Assembly: GCA_963720565.1 (NCBI GenBank)
Contig: CAVRFW010000005.1
Span: 160,001-224,000 of the forward strand
Direction of reading: 5' to 3'
Length of the DNA: 64,000 bases
Source: Candidatus Bathyarchaeota archaeon
Lineage (GTDB): Archaea; Thermoproteota; Bathyarchaeia; Bathyarchaeales; Bathycorpusculaceae
The translations under genes were made by a program, and so were the position numbers. Shown here one piece after another: positions 41,000-49,647 of this stretch. The notes under the pieces were generated by a model. The model saw only the letters and a program-made list of their open reading frames with translations. It ran no database searches and had not been told where the DNA came from. Each line of letters starts with the position of its first letter. The first letter of the stretch is position 1.

Positions 41000-42483
41000 T
41001 TGTTTATGCCATTAATCATTGCTTCGACGCTTGCCATAACGATGTCTTCTCTAGCTGCGCGTGCTGATACTATGTGTCCTTTCTCATCTTCAACTTTTAT
41101 GACGACTTCAGCCACAGCGTTTGAGCCACCTGTTATGGCTTCAAGACGATATTCTTTGAGCCTAATTTTTTCCAGATTATTGGTGAGTTTCTGTATGGCT
41201 TTTAACACTGCGTCCACAGGTCCTACTCCAGTCTCAGCCGCAATGTACTCTTTTCCGTCTAGGAGTAGTCTGACTGATGCTGTTGGAATTACCTTGATTC
41301 CTGTTACAACAGCCAAGTCGGCTAGGTCAACTATTTTCTCTTCTGAGATTACTTCGCCCATGACGGCTGAGGTCAAAGCGAGCAGGTCGGCATCAGTAAC
41401 CATCTTGCCTTTGTCGCCCAGCTCTTTGACTCTTTGAACGATTTCTTTTAGTTGCTCTTCCGTGGGGTGTATTTCGATTTCTTCAAGCTCGGCTTTGATG
41501 CCGCGTGTTCCAGCTAGCTTTCCAGCGACGAGTTTTCTTGTGCGCCCCACCATTTCCGGTTTTATGGGTTCAAAAGTTAAGGGTTTTACTGTTACCCCTC
41601 GGGTGTGAATGCCGGACTCGTGGGCGAAGGCGTTTTCGCCGACAATCGCCTTGTTTGCTTGTACAGATATTCCGGTTAGTGTTGCAACCAGTCGCGAGGT
41701 GCTATACAGCAGACGCGAATTAACTCTAGTCTTAAGCTTGTAGATCATGTGTAGAGCCATGACTACTTCTTCCAGTGAGGCGTTTCCCGCTCTTTCGCCT
41801 AAACCGTTAATCGTAGCGTGTATCTGAGCTGCACCTGCTTCAACAGCTGCAAGAGAATTCGCAACTGCCATTCCGAAATCATCGTGACAGTGAACGCTGA
41901 TTGGAACAGTCACGACTGTTTTGAGGTCTTCAACGAGTTTTGCCATGGAGCGCGGAATCATTATGCCTACCGTGTCAGGAACATTCAATCTATCCATTCC
42001 CGCATTCTCTGCTGCTTGGCATACCTTCTTTAGAAACGCTAAGTCAGAACGCGTTGCATCCATCGGAGAGAACTCGCATGTTAATCCGTGCTTCTTCACG
42101 TATTCAATAGAGTCTACAGCTGCGGCGACAACTTGTTCAGGCGTTAGGTTAACAGCGTATTTCATTTGCACAGGCGACGTCGGGACAAACACGTGAACTG
42201 CGTCAACGTCGCACTCTATCGCAGCATCAATGTCGTTTCTGTTGGCACGAGCTAAACCGCAGATTTCGGCGTCTAAATCAGCATTTGCTATTTCCTTCAT
42301 TACTTTTTTCTCGCCTTCGGAAGATGCTGGAAAACCAGCTTCGATCGAGTCAACGCCCAACAGGCTGAGTTGGCGCGCGATCTCGAGTTTGTCGTCAAAC
42401 GTGAGTGAAGCGCCTGGAGTCTGCTCGCCGTCCCTTAGGGTTGTGTCAAAAATGCGTATGTAATCGGCGTTTTTTGATGTCAT
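40960..42483 (-). CDS. leuA: 2-isopropylmalate synthase (LeuA/CimA family)
   Basis: DTTLRDGEQTPG, HCHDDFG, GERAGN, HESGIH, regulatory domain GVGPVDA; lies within the leu operon. Confidence 0.85.
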   Translation of the reverse strand: MTSKNADYIRIFDTTLRDGEQTPGASLTFDDKLEIARQLSLLGVDSIEAGFPASSEGEKKVMKEIANADLDAEICGLARANRNDIDAAIECDVDAVHVFVPTSPVQMKYAVNLTPEQVVAAAVDSIEYVKKHGLTCEFSPMDATRSDLAFLKKVCQAAENAGMDRLNVPDTVGIMIPRSMAKLVEDLKTVVTVPISVHCHDDFGMAVANSLAAVEAGAAQIHATINGLGERAGNASLEEVVMALHMIYKLKTRVNSRLLYSTSRLVATLTGISVQANKAIVGENAFAHESGIHTRGVTVKPLTFEPIKPEMVGRTRKLVAGKLAGTRGIKAELEEIEIHPTEEQLKEIVQRVKELGDKGKMVTDADLLALTSAVMGEVISEEKIVDLADLAVVTGIKVIPTASVRLLLDGKEYIAAETGVGPVDAVLKAIQKLTNNLEKIRLKEYRLEAITGGSNAVAEVVIKVEDEKGHIVSARAAREDIVMASVEAMINGINKCLIKNRKQGNKK

Positions 42484-42501
42484 GATACCAGCACCGCTTG
42501 T

Positions 42502-43527
42502 TTAGGTAATTGCGTCCGCGATGGCTTCTGCCATGCCTGTGGTTGTTCGGTTTCCGCCCAGGTCTGGGATTGTGTTGCCGTTTTGCAGTGTCTTAACTAC
42601 AGCGTTTTCTATGGCAGTAGCTGCTTTGATGCATTCTTGGTCTTTGTATGTTTCACCTAGCCATTCTAGCATCATTCTTGCAGCTAGTATTTCTGATAGG
42701 GGGTTTGCTGTTTGCTTGCCTGCTCTATTAGGTGCTGAACCGTGAATTGGCTCGAAGAGGGCGAATTTGTCTCCTACGTTTGCTCCTGGGGCCATGCCTA
42801 AACCGCCGACTAGCTGTGCGGCTTCGTCGGATAAGATGTCGCCAAACATGTTGCAGGTGCATAGCACGTCGAATTCTTGGGGTTCTTTTATGAGGCGCAT
42901 TGCTGCGGCGTCAACGTATAGTTCGTTGAAGGCTATGTCAGGGTATTCCTTTGCTTTTTCTCGGCACACGCTTGCGAACAAGCCATCGGTTACTCGCATA
43001 ACGTTAGCTTTGTGGATAGCTGTGACTTTTTTCTTGCCGTTTCGTAGTCTCGCGGTTTCGAAGGCTTTCTTGGCTATCCTTTCACAGTTTCCTCTAGTTA
43101 TTACTCTCATGCAAATGGTTGTGTCTTTTCCTATGGTGAACTCGTGACCCATGTAGACGTCTTCGGTGTTTTCTCTAACGAACATCATGTCTATGTCAGG
43201 TCGCGCTGCTGCAGCTGCTGGATAAGTCTTTATCGGTCTCAGGTTTGCGTAGAGATCAAACATCAGCCTCAGCTTTACGATTACGTCGGCAGCGGTTTCT
43301 CCGACTGGACCTTTCAAGCATACGTGTGAGGCTTTGATTTTTTCAACGCTGTCTTGAGGAAGTGCTACTCCTCGGCGCTGCAAACAGGCGTCTCCTGCTT
43401 CTGCCTCAATCATTCTGAGTTTCAATCCGAATTTTGATTGTGCTGATTTTAACACTTTCAGAGTGGCTTCGGTAAGCTCGGGTCCTATTCCGTCGCCTGG
43501 GATTACGGATATTTTGTATTCTGTCAT
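42502..43527 (-). CDS. leuB: 3-isopropylmalate dehydrogenase
   Basis: GDGIGPE, NLRP, RENTE, NMFGDILSD, EPIHGSAP. Confidence 0.92.
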   Translation of the reverse strand: MTEYKISVIPGDGIGPELTEATLKVLKSAQSKFGLKLRMIEAEAGDACLQRRGVALPQDSVEKIKASHVCLKGPVGETAADVIVKLRLMFDLYANLRPIKTYPAAAAARPDIDMMFVRENTEDVYMGHEFTIGKDTTICMRVITRGNCERIAKKAFETARLRNGKKKVTAIHKANVMRVTDGLFASVCREKAKEYPDIAFNELYVDAAAMRLIKEPQEFDVLCTCNMFGDILSDEAAQLVGGLGMAPGANVGDKFALFEPIHGSAPNRAGKQTANPLSEILAARMMLEWLGETYKDQECIKAATAIENAVVKTLQNGNTIPDLGGNRTTTGMAEAIADAIT

Positions 43528-44021
43528 TTCTTGTTCAACCTTTTGCGCAAGTTTTCTATTAGTCCTCCGTCCACAAGTATTTCTACTATGAAGGAAGGCA
43601 GTTTCGTAACGTGAAAACTCTGTTTCTTTGAGATGTTTTCTACTTTACCAGTCTCAAAGTCTACCTCGAGTTTGTCACCGTTATCTGTAGCTGCTGAGAT
43701 TCCTTTGCACTCGATTACGGGTAAGCCAATGTTTATGGCGTTGCGGAAGAAAATCCGCGCGAAAGACTCGGCCAAGACGCATTGAACACCAGCGTACTTT
43801 AGTGCTAGGGGCGCCTGTTCTCGGCTGCTGCCGCATCCGAAGTTTTTTCCGCCCACTACAATTACGCCCTTTCTTGCTTTGTCTGGAAATCCGGGGTCTA
43901 AGCCTTCCATTGCATGTTTCGCCAAGTCTTTGGGGTCGATTAGGACTAGGTATTTTCCTGGCAGAATCACGTCTGTGTCCACGTTGTCTCCGAATTTGAT
44001 TGCTGTTCCGGTCGCCTTCAT
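43524..44021 (-). CDS. leuD: 3-isopropylmalate dehydratase small subunit
   Basis: DNVDTDVI, NFGCGSSREQA, SFARIFFRN; ATGA overlap with leuC. Confidence 0.94.
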   Translation of the reverse strand: MKATGTAIKFGDNVDTDVILPGKYLVLIDPKDLAKHAMEGLDPGFPDKARKGVIVVGGKNFGCGSSREQAPLALKYAGVQCVLAESFARIFFRNAINIGLPVIECKGISAATDNGDKLEVDFETGKVENISKKQSFHVTKLPSFIVEILVDGGLIENLRKRLNKK

Positions 44022-45292
44022 TTTTTGTATGCCTCCAGTTCCTGTGGGTCGGTTATTCTGCCGGTTAGTGCTGAAGCTGCTACTGTTGCTGGAGAAGCCA
44101 AGTAGACATTTGCTTCGGTGCTGCCCATTCTTCCTATGAAGTTGCGGTTGGAAGTGCTTACACATGTTTCGCCTTGTGCTAGTAAGCCTATGTGTCCTCC
44201 AAGGCAGGGTCCGCATGTTGATCCGCAGACTAACGCGTCCGCGTCGGTGAAGATTTCGATCAATCCTTCTTTTAACGCTTGAGCGTATGTTTCTTTGGAA
44301 GCAGGAATCACGAGTGCTCTTACGCCGTCTTTGACTTTTTTACCTTTCAGAATTTCCGCTGCCAACCTCAGGTCTTCGATTCTCCCGTTGGTGCAGGAAC
44401 CGATGAAAGCTTGATCTACCTGGACGTTGCCTAATTCAGAAACAGGTTTCACATTGTCAACTGAGGATGGACATGCGACCTGGGAGCCTAAACCTGAGAC
44501 ATCTACGTCGATGATTTTCTCGTAGGTTGCATCAGGATCGCTTTCTAAGGATTCAAACGGCTTCAAGGTTTTCTCTGTTCTTCCTTCAAGGAACCTCTTT
44601 GTTGTTTCGTCCGGTTCTACAATGCCGTTTTTGGCGCCCATTTCAACTGTCATGTTGCACAGGGTCATTCTGCCCGCCATGCTCATCTCTTGAATTATTG
44701 GCCCGCAGAACTCGACGCTCTTGTACGTTGCACCATCTGCGCCTATCTTGCCGATTAGGTGCAGGATCAAGTCTTTGGGTGTTACGTATTTCTTGAACTC
44801 TCCTGTTGCATTTATCTTGATTGATTCTGGTACTTTTAGCCAAATTTTGCCAGTGGCAAAGACGCCTGCCGCTTCGGTTGAGCCTATGCCCGTGGCGAAG
44901 GCGCCGAAGGCGCCGTAAGTGCAGGTGTGCGAGTCAGCGCCAACGATTACTGTGCCAGGTAGGACATGCCCTTTCTCAGGCATTACCTGGTGGCAGATTC
45001 CGCCCTTGCCCACATCATAGATCTGAATGTTCTGTTCTTTGGCGAAGTGGCGCATCATCTTGTGCAGTTCCGCAGCTTTGACTGATTCAGCTGGGACCTG
45101 ATGATCCAGAACTACCACTGCTTTTTGGCTGTTCCATATTTTCTTTAAGCCTATTTTTTTGAAGGCTTCAACCGCTAAGGGTCCAGTTAAGTCGTGGACC
45201 ATTAGCATGTCTACGTTGGCGTCAACGATATCTCCAGGGCTTACACTGCTTTTTCTGGATGCGTTGGCCAAGATTTTTTCTGTTATGTTCAT
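44018..45292 (-). CDS. leuC: 3-isopropylmalate dehydratase large subunit
   Basis: DSHTCT, IGSCTNGR, CGPCLG, SNRNFIGRMG. Confidence 0.95.
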   Translation of the reverse strand: MNITEKILANASRKSSVSPGDIVDANVDMLMVHDLTGPLAVEAFKKIGLKKIWNSQKAVVVLDHQVPAESVKAAELHKMMRHFAKEQNIQIYDVGKGGICHQVMPEKGHVLPGTVIVGADSHTCTYGAFGAFATGIGSTEAAGVFATGKIWLKVPESIKINATGEFKKYVTPKDLILHLIGKIGADGATYKSVEFCGPIIQEMSMAGRMTLCNMTVEMGAKNGIVEPDETTKRFLEGRTEKTLKPFESLESDPDATYEKIIDVDVSGLGSQVACPSSVDNVKPVSELGNVQVDQAFIGSCTNGRIEDLRLAAEILKGKKVKDGVRALVIPASKETYAQALKEGLIEIFTDADALVCGSTCGPCLGGHIGLLAQGETCVSTSNRNFIGRMGSTEANVYLASPATVAASALTGRITDPQELEAYKK

Positions 45293-45399
45293 GGTTTCGC
45301 CTCTTTTTCAATTAGCATGAAGACGTTCCTCGATGAATACCGCTATTGGAGCAAATCCATCTGGCTGTGAGTTAAGGATTTCCGTTAGGTTTGCGTTTT

Positions 45400-45912
45400 T
45401 TACTCGTCGATTCTGATTGACCTTATCCCTCGTGAAAGGGCTGTCAGTCCTGTTCGGGCGAGTTCCAGTATGCCGTAGCTTTTCATTAGGTTGAGAAAAG
45501 CGTCTATTTTGTCCGGAGTTCCAGTGATTTCTATGGTTAATGTTTCCGGTGAAACATCAATCACGTGACCTCGGAACACTTCTACACAGTTGATTATGTC
45601 TGATCGGGTTTTCGTGTCTGGAACATTTACTTTGATCAGCGCTAGTTCTCTTGTGACGATACTTTCTGACTCCAGACTTGTGACTTTTACGACGTCTATT
45701 AGTTTGTTCATTTGCTTGACTATTTGTTCCAGGGTTTTGTCATCGCCGCTTACGGTTATGGTCATTCTGGTTATGCCCTTCTGTTCCGTGTGTCCGACCG
45801 TGATGCTTTCGATGTTAAATCCCCTGCGCCGGAACATGTTAGCTACGCTGTGCAATACTCCTGGCTTGTTTTCAACTAGTGCAGCAATGACTTTGGTTTT
45901 TCCGTTTTCCAT
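45400..45912 (-). CDS. ilvH: Acetolactate synthase small subunit
   Basis: VENKPGVL...FRRRGFNIESI, KLIDVVKV, ELARTG. Confidence 0.95.
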   Translation of the reverse strand: MENGKTKVIAALVENKPGVLHSVANMFRRRGFNIESITVGHTEQKGITRMTITVSGDDKTLEQIVKQMNKLIDVVKVTSLESESIVTRELALIKVNVPDTKTRSDIINCVEVFRGHVIDVSPETLTIEITGTPDKIDAFLNLMKSYGILELARTGLTALSRGIRSIRIDE

Positions 45913-47624
45913 TAATAGTCACCTACCTGCTGGTTTAAGCCACAACCCGGAGGAACCATGGGCACTACGTTTTCTTCTGAGGAGATTGGCACGTCGATGA
46001 CTGTTGTGACCTTGCTCTTCAGTGCTTTTTCAACGGCTTTTTGAAATTCTGCGACTGAGCCTACGCGGAATCCTTGAGCTCCGTACGCTTCTGCGAGTTT
46101 GACCAAGTCTGGATATGCACCAAGTTTAACTGCCATATAGCGGCTCTTGTAGAACATGCGTTGCCACTGGGCAACCATGCCTAAGACGCCGTTGTTGAGA
46201 ACGATAACGGTAACGGGTATGTCTTCGATTACGCTACACGCGAGTTCCTGTTCGGTCATAATGAAGCTGCCGTCGCCAGCTATGTCCACAACGTGTCGGT
46301 TGGGGCAGGCTGTTTTGGCGCCGATTGCTGCTGGGAAACCGAAGCCCATGGTGCCTAAGCCGCCGCTGCTTATGAACGTACGTGGTTTTATCGCTTTGAA
46401 GTAGAGCCCAGACCACATTTGGTTTTGTCCGACTTCTGTTGTGACTATGGTATCTTCTGGTAGGAGCTTCCGCAGCGCTTGCAGTAGTGGTTTAGGTTTC
46501 AGTTCTTTTGCTTCTCCGTTTTGCAGTGGATTGAGTAGTTGACGCGCTTCTTTGACGCGGCTAACCCAGGGTGAATCAGTCTTCTTTTTAGCTTGTTGGA
46601 TTAGGCGTTCGTAGATTGCGCTTAGGGCTTTTTTTGCGTCTGCAACTATGGGTATGTCTACTTCTATGTTTTTGCCGATTTCTGCGGCGTCGATGTCGAC
46701 GTGAATTTTTTTAGCTTCGGGGCAGAATGTGTCAGTATTACCTGTGGCGCGGTCTGAGAAACGTGTTCCAACTGCAAGCATCACGTCAGCTTCCAAAAGC
46801 AGTTTGTTGGCGAGGGGATTTCCATGCATGCCGATATTGCCAATGCTGAGGGGATGGATTTCTGGAAAGCTGCCCTTTCCCATGAAGGTGGTAGCAACGG
46901 GCGCCAGTAGTAGCTCGGCTACAGTTAGAAGTTCGTCTGATGCGTTGGCAGTAATAGTTCCGCCACCCGCGAGGATTACTGGTCTTTCTGCTTCGGCGAG
47001 TAGCTCAGAGGCTTTACGTATTTGAAGCGGATGTGGGTTGCCTGGGGGTTTGTAACCTCGGATGTCGATTTTATCCGAGAACTCGATTTGACCTACTTCA
47101 GCCTGAATGTTTTTTGGGAAGTCGATGAGGACAGGTCCCGGTCTGCCGGTGGTAGCGATGTAGAATGCAGAGTTAACTGTTAGCGGTATCTCGGATGGTG
47201 TGCGTATCTGATAGTTGTACTTTGTTATTGGGGTGGTGATGCCTATGATGTCGGCTTCCTGAAAAGCGTCTCTGCCGATCATGTATGTTGTATTGACGCC
47301 GCTGGATGGGACTTGCCCCGTTAACGCGATGACTGGCGAACTGTCCATATAGGCGTTTGCTATGCCAGTCACTAGGTTTGTTGCACCTGGACCGCTTGTG
47401 GCGAAGCAGACGCCGGCTCTACCGCTTGCGCGTGCATAGCCGTCAGCTGCGTGTGCAGCTCCCTGTTCGTGTCTGGCTAGAATGTGTCTAATACGCGGAT
47501 GATTGCATAGGGCATCGTATACGGGTAGGATTGCTCCCCCTAAGATGCCGAATACTTCTTTGACGCCTTGTCGTTCAAGTGAATCTAGTAGCGCATTTGC
47601 GCCTGTCATTTTTGTTGTTGTCAT
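45912..47624 (-). CDS. ilvB: Acetolactate synthase large subunit
   Basis: RHEQGAAHAADGYAR, TSGPGATN, AFQEAD, SGGLGTMG, GDGSF, LGMVAQWQ. Confidence 0.96.
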   Translation of the reverse strand: MTTTKMTGANALLDSLERQGVKEVFGILGGAILPVYDALCNHPRIRHILARHEQGAAHAADGYARASGRAGVCFATSGPGATNLVTGIANAYMDSSPVIALTGQVPSSGVNTTYMIGRDAFQEADIIGITTPITKYNYQIRTPSEIPLTVNSAFYIATTGRPGPVLIDFPKNIQAEVGQIEFSDKIDIRGYKPPGNPHPLQIRKASELLAEAERPVILAGGGTITANASDELLTVAELLLAPVATTFMGKGSFPEIHPLSIGNIGMHGNPLANKLLLEADVMLAVGTRFSDRATGNTDTFCPEAKKIHVDIDAAEIGKNIEVDIPIVADAKKALSAIYERLIQQAKKKTDSPWVSRVKEARQLLNPLQNGEAKELKPKPLLQALRKLLPEDTIVTTEVGQNQMWSGLYFKAIKPRTFISSGGLGTMGFGFPAAIGAKTACPNRHVVDIAGDGSFIMTEQELACSVIEDIPVTVIVLNNGVLGMVAQWQRMFYKSRYMAVKLGAYPDLVKLAEAYGAQGFRVGSVAEFQKAVEKALKSKVTTVIDVPISSEENVVPMVPPGCGLNQQVGDY

Positions 47625-47718
47625 TCTTTTTGCTCCTTAGGTCAAGAAAGTGACGGTGTGCATTTCGTGGAACTTTATTGTTCGAGAAGTTGAATTTAAT
47701 GGTTTCTCGGAGGCAGTT

Positions 47719-47790
47719 TTAGAAGGTTCCCTGGGTGATTTGGAGAATGAGTACCCGACGATCCCAACTATTGAGGTGGCGATCCCTCAT
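47719..47790 (-). CDS. Putative Ile/Leu/Val leader peptide (23 aa)
   Basis: GGAGG-AAAATTGAA-ATG; MRDRHLNSWDRRVLILQITQGTF*; stop lies 94 nt upstream of ilvB. Confidence 0.7.
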   Translation of the reverse strand: MRDRHLNSWDRRVLILQITQGTF

Positions 47791-47846
47791 TTCAATTTTC
47801 CTCCGCGAAACTCCACGTACCGTGAAAAACCTAACATTCCACTCCA

Positions 47847-47862
47847 GATAAAAACATTACGG
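47847..47862 (-). promoter_or_regulatory. BRE/TATA promoter of the ilv leader and operon
   Basis: Minus strand CCGTAATG-TTTTTATC, 56 nt upstream of the leader ATG. Confidence 0.62.
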
Positions 47863-47964
47863 TGCTCCAATCTACGTCAAGGCAGTTGGCAAAACGCTGT
47901 AGTTTGAGAGCGCCTATTTTTGAGCTTTCAGCCTGTTGCATCTGTTCTTTTTGCTGTTCTGTTG

Positions 47965-49593
47965 TTAATCCATTGGTGTAGGTGAATACCGCGATAGGTA
48001 ACCTTTTGTTACTTTCTGTTTTTTCGGCTTCCAGGCTGCCATTCGCTTCTCGATTTCCTTCTCCGATAGATCCACACTCAGCTTTCGATTTGAGATGTCA
48101 ACAGTGATCTTGTCGCCGTTTTCTATGACCGCGATGGGGCCGCCCATAGCTGCTTCTGGTGTGACATGACCGACACAGGGACCTCTTGTGGCCCCTGAAA
48201 ACCTGCCGTCCGTTATCAAGGCAACAGACTCGCTTAGTCCCATACCGGCAATCGTGGCTGTGGGAACCAGCATCTCAGGCATTCCTGGTCCGCCTTTTGG
48301 GCCTTCGTAGCGAATTACCAGTACGTCGCCGGGTTTAATTTTGCGGTCTATCATTGCGGCCACAGCATCGTTCTCCGAGTCAAATACTCTTGCTGGGCCA
48401 GCATGTTTGAGCATCTTCGGCGAAACAGCCACTGTCTTTACGACAGCGCCCTTTGGCGCCAAATTTCCGGTCAATATGGCGATTCCGCCTCCAGCGTGAA
48501 CGGGGTTAGCCAACGGGTGAATCACATCGGCATTTAGAACCTTGGCGTTTTTGATGTTCTCGCCAACCGTTTTGGTAGTGACCGTGAGTGCGTCAAAGTG
48601 CAGGAATGGTGTGAGCTCTTTCTCCAAGGCTGGCAAGCCTCCGGCCATATCCAGATCTTCCATGTCGAACGGTCCGCTGGGAACCATGTTGCAGAGGTGC
48701 GGAACTCGCCTGCTCATCTCGTCAAAAACGCTCAAAGGCAATGTGATTCCTGCTTCTCGAGCAATAGCTGAAAGGTGTAGCACGCTGTTCGTGGAGCCTC
48801 CCAGTGCCATGTCCATCGCTATGGCGTTCTCGAAGGCTTCTTTTGTGAGGATTTGAGAAGGCTTAACGTTGCTGGAAACAAGTCCCACTATCTTCTCGCC
48901 AGTTTCTTTGGCTATCCGAAGTTTTGCCGCACTCGCAGCCAAGGCTGTTGCACAGTAAGGCAAAGACATCCCTAATGCCTCTGTCAGGCAGGCCATTGTA
49001 TTGGCCGTGAATAATCCGTTGCATGAACCGCAGCCTGGGCATGCAACATCTTCCAAACGCGTTAATTCTTCACTTGTTATTTTGTTGGCGAAGACTCTGC
49101 CCATTCCCTCAAAAACGTTGTTCACGCCGACTTTCTCGCCATCCAGTTTCCCGGATGCCATTGCGCCTCCTGTAATGGATATCGCTGGAATATCGAGTCG
49201 CGCTGCAGCCATGAGCATGCCGGGTGTTACTTTGTCGCAGTTGGAAATCAAAACAACGCCGTCCAGTCGGTGAGCTTGAACCATGATTTCGACGGAGTCA
49301 GCTATTAGTTCTCTGGAAGGAAGCGAATAGCGCATTCCTTCATGTCCCATGGCTATGCCGTCGCAAACGGCGATTGTGTTGAATTCAAATGATGTGCCGC
49401 CTGCATTGGATATTCCTTCTTTTACGGCTTCGGCTATGGTTCTTAGGTGGATATGTCCTGGAACGATTGTTGTGTAGCTGTTCGCTATGCCTATGAATGG
49501 TTTTGCTATTTCTTTGTTTGTTAGTCCTAGTGCTTTTAGGAGTGCTCGGTGGGGTGCTCTTGCCATTCCTTGTTTTATTTCGTCGCTTCTCAT
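47965..49593 (-). CDS. ilvD: Dihydroxy-acid dehydratase
   Basis: [47 protein letters not shown]. Confidence 0.96.
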   Translation of the reverse strand: MRSDEIKQGMARAPHRALLKALGLTNKEIAKPFIGIANSYTTIVPGHIHLRTIAEAVKEGISNAGGTSFEFNTIAVCDGIAMGHEGMRYSLPSRELIADSVEIMVQAHRLDGVVLISNCDKVTPGMLMAAARLDIPAISITGGAMASGKLDGEKVGVNNVFEGMGRVFANKITSEELTRLEDVACPGCGSCNGLFTANTMACLTEALGMSLPYCATALAASAAKLRIAKETGEKIVGLVSSNVKPSQILTKEAFENAIAMDMALGGSTNSVLHLSAIAREAGITLPLSVFDEMSRRVPHLCNMVPSGPFDMEDLDMAGGLPALEKELTPFLHFDALTVTTKTVGENIKNAKVLNADVIHPLANPVHAGGGIAILTGNLAPKGAVVKTVAVSPKMLKHAGPARVFDSENDAVAAMIDRKIKPGDVLVIRYEGPKGGPGMPEMLVPTATIAGMGLSESVALITDGRFSGATRGPCVGHVTPEAAMGGPIAVIENGDKITVDISNRKLSVDLSEKEIEKRMAAWKPKKQKVTKGYLSRYSPTPMD

Positions 49594-49647
49594 TTTTCTG
49601 ATCCGTCCGTACTATGACACCATAAATTTTATATTTAAGCATGGTGC

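Noticed and set aside
40712..41437. Long antisense ORFs (also 13731-14285, 14666-15289, 37401-37949, 39203-39787, 62682-63392)
   Set aside because: Shadow frames opposite well-supported genes, with no motifs of their own
45293..45399. Possible separate Leu leader before leuC
   Set aside because: Only tiny ORFs (MDLLQ*, MLIEKEAKP*) with no SD and no convincing Leu run
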